Shown: positions 54,850-64,000 of the stretch, in pieces
Layout: each line of letters opens with the position of its first letter
Position numbering within the stretch: the stretch's first letter is position 1
Assembly: GCA_036172245.1 (NCBI GenBank)
Contig: JAYWIR010000043.1
Coordinates: 310,001-374,000, forward strand
Length of the DNA: 64,000 nt
Origin: Raillietiella orientalis
Lineage: Eukaryota
Direction of reading: 5' to 3'
The notes under the pieces: generated by a model
Database searches by the model: none
Told to the model about the DNA's origin: nothing
Seen by the model: the letters and a program-made list of their open reading frames with translations, nothing else
Made by a program: the position numbers and the translations under genes

Positions 54850-57800
54850 GTGAGTCCCTTCGTCACTCGGGGAAGTGGCCGTGAGGAAGCCAGAAGGGGA
54901 CCTTGGGCCTCCGAAAGAAGGAACACCGGTTTCCGCTTATCTCCTGCGCTGGTTTCGCGTACGCTTTCTACAGACGCGACCTTCGTTTGGGCCTTCTAGA
55001 GAAGAGTCTTCCATCGAGAACTGCGCTCTTTGTGCCAATCTTCCTTTTCTGGTCCCAGGAGGCAGACTATGCTCCGCTTAGTGATAAGGAGCATCTGTGC
55101 AGCATTCGATCTGTGTGACTCGGGAAGTGAGATGGAAACTTTGACTTGAATGTGTCTCCATTTTCTTGGAGAACCCTCTGTCCCTTCCCCCGTGGTTAGG
55201 CTCCGACGCTTGGACTTTTTGCGAGCTGCGGATCGCGAGATCTTTCTTCTGATGAGACGTCTCCGACCACGCTGTGAGCAAAGCGAGTCCCTAGTCTCGG
55301 ATGGCAGGGGATGGATTTATGCTCTCGGGCATGTCGGTCGGAACGCATGAAACCAGGAGACCTCCGCAGGGTGTCCAACGGTGAAATGGTGCAGCCGCGG
55401 TACTCTGGCTCATTCAAGGACGAGAGGGCGGAAGATGAATGAGAATAGGGCTTTCCGGCCAGGGCTGAGAGCTTTCATTTTCTGCGATCCGACGGAAACG
55501 GATCTGAGCCCAGCATTTTACTGATGATTTCAGGACCCAAGCATCAAAGTGCAGCGAGGGGGGAAGGAAGGGTTCTGGGATTCAGTTGCCGATCTTCATT
55601 TGGTCCGATTCTTCCAGAAACTCAGTCACTGATGCTTTTCATGCTCGCGAGGCTCGCACACACACAAAGTTCCAACTTAGGAAAGCGGATCCGTGTAGCC
55701 AACCTCTGGACCTGATGCAAATCTCGACAACTGCTCCAGTGTCCTTTGAGAGAATCCAGGTGATAAGTCAGAAGGAAAGGAAAAAAGTTAGGTTTCTTCC
55801 GAGGCCGGAAAGGGGAAGCACGTTGTTTGTTTGTAATCGTCTCTCAGTGATGTCACAGCTCTCAGCACTTCATGTAATGTGCACCTCCGTACCTTTAAAA
55901 CGCAACTACGATCATGGGAAGTAGCATTTACCCAATACCACATTCGAATCTCGAAAAAAACACATATATACCAAGGGCATTCGCGCCTGCGATTACCTAC
56001 GCTTTTTACCGCTTGGAATTCACCTAAAGATTACGGGCACATGCTCTGAAAGTCCCTTTTTTATTTTCGCAAAGAAACCCTTAACTTTAAACGCAAATAC
56101 CGACGCTCCTTCCATCGCAGATTTGCAGCGGTCTTGCACAGCTTCCCATCTCTCAACTTTTTTCCGCCTTGCTATTCATATCTTCAGAGGGCCTGATGCT
56201 CACTGCTTCGTATCTGCAAGTCAGGTTTGGAGAATTGCCTCTCGTTGGTTCGTGGAAACTTCCTGCTTTGCTGCAGCACAGCATCTCTTAAAGCATACGT
56301 GGTAACTCTTCCCCCTTTGATTCTTCAAAAAAAGGAGCGGAATGAACTGAGACTCCCGGAGTCGACAGAAAGTAGATCACTATGCTGCATCCGGAGCTCG
56401 GACTTTCATCCTCACGATTGGGAGCAATCGTACATTCCATCCCTAGCTATCGCATCTCCCACATGGCAGATTGATGATTGTGTTCGACCGTTCTTCTTCA
56501 TATCTTTCTGTCGCCGACGAGTTCAGCATCAGTTATCTTAAGTGATCTTAGGAAATTGCCTCTGATCTTATGAGTATCCTCTGAGAGCAAACTTAGGGAA
56601 TGCCTTTAGGGTATCGGTTTCTCGAAACTGGAATCACTCTCCCTCGCTTTCCGTAAGTCACCAACAGCCGTAGAAATTCCTTCAGGGAGTGCACCGAAGA
56701 ACATCAACTCCGACGGAGTTTCCGATGCTTTCGAGTTCCTGCTAAAGCCGGTCGGCCTTTCCAGATGTAAAGATCCTCGTTTTCAATCCGTCCAGTCTGT
56801 TATCAGAGCCGACTCTTCCTTTGTCTTCTATCTTTACTGGGGCCTTTTATTACTCGGTTGCCTCGCTACAGTGAGATGCGACCGACATCTGTATAACTCT
56901 AAAGAACCCTGGTCGGGGATGCTTCTGTGATTCCTGCTTCTAGCTATTCTGCATCATCTCTCTCCTCGCAGTAGCTTTGGTATTTCTTTGTTTCACAATC
57001 AGCTTTGCACTTTTTTTACAGAAGTTTAGAATACCAGCTTCAGATGGCAAGAGAAGAATCTTTCTTTGGGGTATTTAAGACTTTTAGAGCAGTTCCGGGG
57101 TGGAGCTTCCCTCCTCACTTTAATGGTCTTGATACACGGAGCACGCGGCTTTTGGACCCCTTCGTGATTTCTGCACTAAGCTATAACTTTAAATGGGTCC
57201 ATTTAAGCGTTATGACTTCCCGGCTTAAACCAGGAAATCTGGCTGCCACTGCATTTGAACTTCTCAGATGGATCAGAACACGCATGTGTTTCCGGTTACC
57301 ATCAGACCTTGGAATTCACTTCAAATCTGCACTCCTTCTTTGATGCGAATTCCGATGTCTGCTCTGTCCAACTCTTTGCTTTTATTGCTCTTGAAGATGA
57401 GCTTCTCATCTGCAGTGACATTTATGACGAAATATGTACTTCGGTGAGCTTGAGAAGTATAGATAATATCACATTAGGTGGGCTGCATCCTCAAACAAGT
57501 ACTGACAATGATTCAAGGGAGGAACTATGCATTGGCACTTGAGAGTGAATATCATTACGAGGCACGACTTCCTTCTGATGGTTACGATGCCATAACTTCG
57601 TACATTCAGTGCTTCGCATAAGTATTTGAATTGCAAATCTCCTCTTTTGGAAATGAAATCCTCCTTCCTTGAAAAGCTTCCATTTTATTCGGACAAGCGA
57701 TACGGATATCTTGATGTTTCTCTTTGGGACAGTTTGCTGTCGGCAGGGACAGGGGTCGGCATCGTTTTCAATTCCCTTCCGCGCACTTGCAGTTTGAAGA

Positions 57801-60268
57801 ACGGATCCGAATGCATGGAATCCCTGAAGAATCACTCGATGTATTGGCAAAGGGACTCTTAGATATCTTGAAGGCTGCCATTGGAGGACTAACGCGAGTG
57901 TTGAACACACAGAGCAAGCAGCACACATCACTGGAAGCAGTCAGTTCAAAGTGAGTTGCTTTCCTACCAGCGTGGGACGACTCTTCTTCTGCTTTTACGA
58001 AAGAGTTTTCCTTTTCTATTCTGCGCTCGGCGCGAAGAGCACAAAGACGGTAAACGGAAAAAGTACGGTGGTGCGTGGCTGGAAGGAGAGGAACCTCTAC
58101 CACCCGCAGCATGCGATGTTTAAATCTGATGCGAAATGATGAAAGAATGGAAAGCTCATCGGCTCATTCTATTACAGCAGCGCAGTCTAGTAGAATGGAG
58201 CCTTCCTGAGTATCTGGAAACACAGCAAACGACAAGCAGAGACGAATGACCTTGAGAAATCTTCATCGACTACCTTACATTTCGAGCACAATTGGATTCC
58301 ATCAACCAGTTGCTGAAAGCAGCGAATTTCGGGAAAACACGTTCGACGAATCACGTGAACACGTGCGTGTGCTCTGCTGAGCAATCACTAATGAGTAATC
58401 AGCAGATAAACTTGGCCTTAGTGTGGGATGGAGTTACTTTTGATGACGTCAAAAATGGAGCGACGGGTAAAACGAGAAGAATTATCATGAGAAAGTGTGA
58501 ATCTTTCTGCATCTGAGAGAGAAGATGAGGAAGACGATGGTTAACTTAGGATCGGCTTCTTATGATGGAAAGTGCATCCTAAGTAAAAAGAGGATATTCC
58601 TAATTTCAAGTGCCGTTAAGTGTGCCGAATAACAGAAATGGGGATGAAAAATGCATCCGTTTTTACCATAGTTGCATCTACCAGATGCACAATCTTTATA
58701 ATGTATAGGTGGTGTATACTCTACCATTATGGACCATCATTACGTACTTCCATCACCTTCGTGTTTGCATCACAAGAAGATTTCCGATTTATTTTGGTGT
58801 CGTCACGGAATGAAATGGCGTAAACCCAAACCCCCTCTTCCATAAACTTAATGATATGTTGCAATTTAGGGCGTGTTTTTGTTCATCGTCTACACGAAAG
58901 CTTTTCAGCAAACACTGAAAGTAACGACCATTTTACCGTAGAAATTGAAACAAATGGCAAACGAGTAATCATCAAGAGTGTCTGGAAGCAAAGAATTGGG
59001 GTTCGCTCTTCAAGGTTACTGAGTTTTGGTTGCCGACTGCTTTTGGGTTCCGTTTATTCAGTGCAGCTCGAGTTCCGGCAATTCGGAGGCTCCCTAATCA
59101 CTGTGGAGCACGTCGCGCTTCGGGCAAAATTGGTCACTCTCTCGCCACATCCGAGTGAAACTTGCTCGCCACCCTTTTCTGTTCGCTGCCTTGACGACGA
59201 TACACTCAGTGTTTCCTCTCTCAGTCATCGCAGGCCTTCGAAGATCAGATCCTGTCCACTCGCGCACTCACCAACATTACCACTTCGTGCACGCAAAGAA
59301 CCACTAATCTTGACTAGCTGGAACGTCAGCTCGCTCCCAACAAACTTTCCTCCTGACTTCCACTGGGCAACCTCCACATGAAGGCTCATGAAAGGTGGAA
59401 CGATCCCATGCTGTCCCATGCTATTATGACTCCTAATATGTCTTTGCTGAATTAGCTAAAAAACCACTGCCTCGAGGTCTTGAAATTTCAATATCGCTTG
59501 CTTAGTGGACGTCGGGCCATCCCGAGTTCATCCTGCATGCTCTTCAGAGTACCAAAATCTCACCCCATGCGCTCGGCTCGACGAAACGAGCAGTACCGAG
59601 ATCCACAGGCACCCTTCCAGCCCTATGTTCCCTCCGCATCACCGAAGGTCACGTCCAACAGCTTGGAAAGGAACCGAGTCGTCCTGGCCTCGACCCTTTT
59701 GCTATTGACACGCCTAACTCAGCCCAGAGGCGTCCATAGGAGTCATCCTGCTCTCCGAAAAATTCATCAAACGCAGGATAAATTGCTCGGGGGAATTTGC
59801 TGAATACCGCAACCAGGAAGCGCCGCCACCATACGTGGCATTCGGTCCTTCTCCAGCGTAGCCAATCGCGGACGTGATCCTCTTCCCTTTCTCCTCCTCC
59901 TCCTCGTCTCTGGATGCACCGGCGCACGCCAGCAGCAGAGCCGAGCTTTCTGCGCTGGTGACTGCTTCCGAGACGGCACTCCTCCATGTTGGCACGTGGT
60001 TCGGAGCCCACGCGCCGCCGCCGCCACCGCGGCTGCTGCTGCCCCGGCCTTCGCCAGGGAGTCAAAAAGCTGTGCTGCAGAAAGTCCAATGCTCTTGCGC
60101 CCTGCACCACGCTCGCATCCCTCCCCAATAAGGAGAGGTGAGGGAGGAGGAGGATGGGAAGAGGAAAGGGGAACTCGAGAGAGTTTTCCAGGCGGCTTTC
60201 CTCCTCCTCTTTCCTTGCGAGCGCTCATCATTTTCTCTTTCTTCCCTCTTGAGCCTCCTTGCTTTCAG

Positions 60269-60393
60269 ACAAGGCCAACCTGGTGAAGCAGCCCGCAGTG
60301 GCCATCCTTCCCCTGGGGACCGGAAACGACCTCGCCAGGTGCCTCTTCTGGGGCAGCGGCTACGAAGGCGAGTCGCTCGGCAAGCTGCTCAAG
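60269..60393 (+). CDS. Dgk: DGK coding exon 14 ([42 protein letters not shown])
   Basis: [10 protein letters not shown] motif; tttcAG acceptor, AAG|GTGAGC donor. Confidence 0.95.
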
Positions 60394-60576
60394 GTGAGCC
60401 ACAACAAGCCTTTCTCCTCATACATCCCTATCCACATCACCATTGTCGTCGTCAGCGTGACAACGATCCTCACCCCACTCATCAGACCTTTCTCCTTGTC
60501 CTCCTGCTCCTGTCACCGGTCCATCTCGCCCTCCTCCAGCTCCGGACTTTCTCCTGACTCACGCTCCTTCCCGCAG

Positions 60577-60711
60577 AAGATAGAGAAGTCCACGGTGGTT
60601 ATGCTGGACAGGTGGTCGGTGTCGCTGTCCTACGAGAAGAGCGAGGAAGAGCACAGCGACGGAGACCTGCTGCCTTTCAACATCATCAACAACTACTTTT
60701 CCATCGGAGTG
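60577..60711 (+). CDS. Dgk: DGK coding exon 15 ([13 protein letters not shown]...[13 protein letters not shown])
   Basis: LDRW and NNYFSIG motifs; ccgcAG acceptor, |GTAAGG donor. Confidence 0.94.
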
Positions 60712-60833
60712 GTAAGGAACGCTCGGTTTCCTAGGGGGCGGCCGCCGCCCGCGGCCATCCTCGATTCCCACACGCGCGTTCACGCCATCTTCTCACTCCC
60801 TTTCCATTTTCCCCTCCACCACCCACTCTCCAG

Positions 60834-60989
60834 GATGCGGCCATCTGCGTCAAGTTCCACCTAGAGAGGGAGAGGAACCCCAGCAAGTTCAACAGTCGCA
60901 TGAAGAACAAGCTGTGGTACTTCGAGTTCGCGACCTCGGAGACCTTCGCGGCGTCCTGCAAGAACTTGCACGAGCACCTGGAGATCGTG
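60834..60989 (+). CDS. Dgk: DGK coding exon 16 ([52 protein letters not shown])
   Basis: Accessory-domain FH-x-x-RE-x-x-P-x-KFNSR motif; ctccAG acceptor, |GTGAGT donor. Confidence 0.96.
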
Positions 60990-61095
60990 GTGAGTGACCG
61001 CCTTGCCAGCTCCGCTGCCCCGACAACGGAAGTCCTTTTGAGGGTTCTTTTCTGCTTTCTCTGTTTCCCTCTCGGCTTTTTTACGGTTCTCCGAG

Positions 61096-61825
61096 TACCT
61101 CGAGAACCGTCGCACGCCTGGCTGCTCATGCGGCTCTTCCACAGTGTCCCATGTCACCCGGGAGTGCAGGTTAGCTCTTCAAGTTACAGGGGGTGCCCTG
61201 GGAAAGGAGTCACCCTATGAATCCAGGGAGGACTCGGAGTCCGTTCCTTCCACGCCTGGGGAAGGATCCCCGAAGGAAACCTCCACCATGGTTGTCTCCG
61301 AAGGGGAACCCTGAAAGGAATGTTCTCTTCCTCATTCTCTCCGGAGCGGACCCCCGGAAGGGTCCGCTCCATTTTTTCCCCTCCGAAGGGGACTTAGAAA
61401 GGATCCGCCATTAGGGGTTCTTTCTCCGGAGGGAACCGCTCCTGTTTGCTCCTCTGAAGAAAACCCCGAAGGGAATTTCTCGCGCACGGCGGCTATCCCC
61501 GAAGGGAGCGACGCGCTTCTCTGCGCACTCTGGAGGGGTGGCTTCGCAGCCTACCCACATGGCACCAGACGGAGAGGTCCCCCTGAAGTGCTCCTTCGCA
61601 CGACCGGAAGGAAACTCTCCCACTCCTTGATTCTGCTTCCTGGAAGGACCCCGCAAGGTCGACTCCCATGGATCCGGCCACTCATCGGGGTCATCCGCTT
61701 TGAGCGGCTACAGATGCCGTACACGAAGGCAGGCAACCAGCGTCATCTTGTGGGAGGAATTCGAACTTACGACGCACCCCCATCTCTCGGCGTCGATTTT
61801 TGCCGAGTATTCGAACCCGTGACGC
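61096..61825. repeat. 730-bp inverted repeat, copy B (intron 16)
   Basis: Reverse complement of 41686-42415; begins about 106 nt after the exon 16 donor. Confidence 0.97.
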
Positions 61826-62790
61826 TCGGAAGCCCCAGCAGCCACATGGTCTCCGAGACGGGTACCAATTGGGGAGGGGCGCAGCAACAGGGAGAGAGGA
61901 GGGAAGGGAGCTTTCTGCTTGGCTTCTCGTCTCGCTCCTCTGGCGTCCCAGGAAACTTCCTAGGTAGAGGATGGGTCTCACCTGCGAGAGACTTCCTCTC
62001 TCATCCTCGCTGCTGGTACGGGAAGGCGTCCTTGTAGTGCAGTCCATCGGGCTTGCGGATGGCGCCGTTCGTTCCTCCATCCCTGGTCACAACCCGCAAC
62101 TCCTCTCGGGAGGAATGAGCTGGGCTTACGCTGACCCACGCGGACCGGCGGGTCTCTCTGAGTGACCTGAGGAGGAGAATCCCGCTCGCACGGCTCCAGT
62201 CCTCACCGACGGGGCCATTGTGAGAGAAGACGTGAGGACTGGAGGCCAGGAAAAGTGCAAAACCACCTACCGGCTTATTGGAGAACGGCCACAGATCCTG
62301 GGGTCTCTTGAACCCCATTCCGCGTCCAAGAGGCTTCAAGATTACTGTGGACGCGTCCTTCCAGCTGCGGTGAGACCATCCTATCGAAGAACGGAAGCTC
62401 TGTGCGCAGCTGCCTCAAGGCAGGGGTATGAGGGCGGAAGGGACCATCGAGAAAAGACATCGAGGCGAGGCCAAAGCAAAGGAGGATGGGGGCGTCGCAG
62501 CGCGGCCCAGACACTGGAGGACGGATGTGCCACGAGGAACCTGAAAGCCTACGGAACTGCTGGGGACACCCGATGTCTGGGAGAGGAAGAAGGACGCACC
62601 AGCGCTCCGTGTCGTTGCGGCAGAGTTGGCAGAGGACTTGCAAGATGAGACATTCTAGTGACAGAGAAAGAACCGCGGCGATGTCTTTAGCTGGACTCTC
62701 GCCTATGTGACACCTCCAGCCCGGGAGGCGGCCGCAGGCACAGCCGGAGCGAGGAGAGGGCATTAGTCCGGATACTTGACTTTTTTTTTC
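61096..62790 (+). mobile_element. Degenerate retroelement filling intron 16, possibly DIRS-like
   Basis: GC-rich block with a Pro-Glu-Gly-repeat reading frame. Short peptides follow: GKVQNHLPAYWRTATDP (~62249), RGFKI (~62329) and DVFSWTLAYVTPP (~62680), which loosely resemble DIRS pol N-terminal and methyltransferase-like motifs. Family call is by eye only. Confidence 0.3.
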
Positions 62791-62945
62791 CGGAGGTGCG
62801 AGCCAGAGGGAAAGGATAGAAAGGGGTGGTAAGGACCGGACGAGCGCTCCTGCACGGGATCTTCCCGCGTGACAGGATCTGTCCTGCTTCTGCTTCCCAC
62901 CTTCACCTTCACCTCTTCCCCGCTGACTTCCCTCCTGCTTTGCAG

Positions 62946-63132
62946 TGCGACGGGAGGACTCTGGACATCGCGAACGGTCCTTCTCTCCAAGGCATAGCCT
63001 TCCTGAACATTCCTTACACGCACGGGGGGTCCAACCTGTGGGGTGAGACCCACAGTCGGAGGCGGCGTACGCTCCTCAGATGCGCCAAGGGAGGCGGCGG
63101 CTCTCCACGGGACATCAGCTGCGCGGTGCAAG
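62946..63132 (+). CDS. Dgk: DGK coding exon 17 ([33 protein letters not shown]...AVQ-D)
   Basis: LNIP..GGSNLWG motif; ttgcAG acceptor, G|GTTAGT donor. Confidence 0.93.
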
Positions 63133-63258
63133 GTTAGTACCGGCTTGCGCATCCGTCGTCATCTCCTTTCCTCTCTGTGTGTGTGTCCCACTCGCTCTCT
63201 GCTCTGGACCAGCTGTTCACTTCTCCCCGCCCCCTTTGCTCCCTTGCGGGAATTGCAG

Positions 63259-63440
63259 ATTTCGGGGACGCGCTCATCGAGGTCATTGGACTGGATAGCT
63301 GCCTACACATGGGGCAGGTGCGCACGGGTCTGCGAGCGTCCGGAAGGAGGCTGGCCCAGTGCTCCTCGGTCTCCATAACGACAATGAAGAGGTTTCCCAT
63401 GCAAATCGACGGGGAGCCGTGGATGCAGGCTCCTTGCAAC
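63259..63440 (+). CDS. Dgk: DGK coding exon 18 ([12 protein letters not shown]...RLAQC...[15 protein letters not shown])
   Basis: RLAQC and PMQIDGEPW motifs; ttgcAG acceptor, |GTAAGT donor. Confidence 0.96.
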
Positions 63441-63540
63441 GTAAGTACCTTTCCTGTCACCCTCTCCCTGACTCCCGCTTTCCTCACTTTCCCCCACACC
63501 CCTTGCGAGCCCGCGGTCCGAGCTTTTCGGGAACGCCCAG

Positions 63541-63624
63541 ATACGGATCACGCACAAGAACCAGGCGCCAATGCTGAAGGCCCCTCCTCCCAGGAAGAAA
63601 CCCAGCTGCTCCTGCATCTCGTGA
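63541..63624 (+). CDS. Dgk: DGK terminal coding exon 19 ([27 protein letters not shown])
   Basis: Conserved I-x-ITHKNQ-x-PML motif, then TGA at 63622-63624; cccAG acceptor. Confidence 0.9.
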   Translation: MRITHKNQAPMLKAPPPRKKPSCSCIS

Positions 63625-63910
63625 AGTGGACGAACCGGCCTTCCGTCAACATGAGGCTCCTTAGAGGCTGCGCTGAGGATTCCATCCCTTTCTCTTCTCC
63701 CTCCCGCCCAACTTCCTCTTTGCCTTCCCTTCCTCCCACTCCCCCCGCTAGAGAGGGAGCTGAGGCGTATGCTCCTCTCCTCACCCGCCTTCGCTACCAA
63801 AGCAGCTCCGACATCACCTCTCCAGCCTCCTTCCCTTCCTTCGAGCAGCCTCTCGCCCAGAAGGGGCGCGCGGGGAGGCTACAGTGGGATGCTGCTCTCA
63901 GGCGCTTCCG

Positions 63911-63916
63911 ATTAAA
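63911..63916 (+). promoter_or_regulatory. Candidate polyadenylation signal ATTAAA
   Basis: About 290 nt after the stop codon and immediately followed by a T/GT-rich tract. Confidence 0.4.
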
Positions 63917-64000
63917 TTTTTTGTTTTGTTTTCTCTTCCTCTGGTGAAGTTTTTTTTTTCATCTCCTTTGGGGTCACTCGGACCATCTCCACAGTCGTGA

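Larger units (their letters stand above)
2258..63624 (+). other. Dgk: Gene span (start to stop) of type I diacylglycerol kinase, 19 coding exons, 882 aa
   Basis: Exons joined manually. Every intron is GT..AG and the phases chain correctly (1,0,0,1,1,1,0,0,0,1,0,0,1,0,0,0,1,0). The product follows the domain order of arthropod Dgk / DGK-beta: WEKLSPAEF N-terminus, EF-hands, C1a/C1b, [33 protein letters not shown]. Homology is recognised from memory; no search was run. Confidence 0.95.

Noticed and set aside
59480..60130. Nested antisense gene or hAT fragment (LKSMQDELGMARRPL) upstream of exon 14
   Set aside because: Interrupted by stops, with no splice-consistent structure and only a vague motif.
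63610..63624. CaaX prenylation motif
   Set aside because: The last four residues are SCIS; the cysteine is not at position -4.
1..64000. Hundreds of 60-290 aa ORFs in the six-frame track as independent genes
   Set aside because: They overlap in all frames and have Ser/Arg/Pro-rich random-like composition with no family motifs. The only meaningful ones are fragments of Dgk exons or TE fossils.
1..64000. Hammerhead ribozymes (CTGATGA...GAAA cores, e.g. ~20875 plus strand and ~11390 minus strand)
   Set aside because: None of the occurrences I inspected had a valid stem II closing pair together with the required downstream core and stems.
1..64000. CRISPR array, prokaryotic operon or defence system
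   Set aside because: No regularly spaced repeats or dense prokaryotic coding; the window is a spliced eukaryotic gene.

Overview
Eukaryotic (arthropod-type) genomic DNA almost entirely occupied by one intron-rich gene on the + strand: a type I diacylglycerol kinase (Drosophila Dgk / vertebrate DGKA-B-G class). By hand I reconstructed 19 coding exons from ATG 2258 to TGA 63624 (2649 nt, 882 aa). All introns are GT-AG with mutually consistent phases. The protein has the N-terminal DGK domain, two EF-hands, two C1 zinc fingers, the GGDGT catalytic domain and the accessory domain. Nearly all ORFs in the supplied track are noise or decayed transposon sequence. The introns (49 nt to 17.6 kb) hold degenerate Ty3/Gypsy, hAT, piggyBac and possibly DIRS-like fragments, plus several unusually long perfect hairpins. 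The most notable structure is a near-identical 730-bp inverted repeat (41686-42415 in intron 7; 61096-61825 in intron 16). It brackets exons 8-16, which sum to 1359 nt, phase 0 at both ends and stop-free, so this is a candidate dsRNA/back-splicing (circRNA) arrangement. I found no prokaryotic systems, CRISPR arrays or bona fide RNA genes, and I cannot support a claim of a wholly new biological system from the sequence alone.
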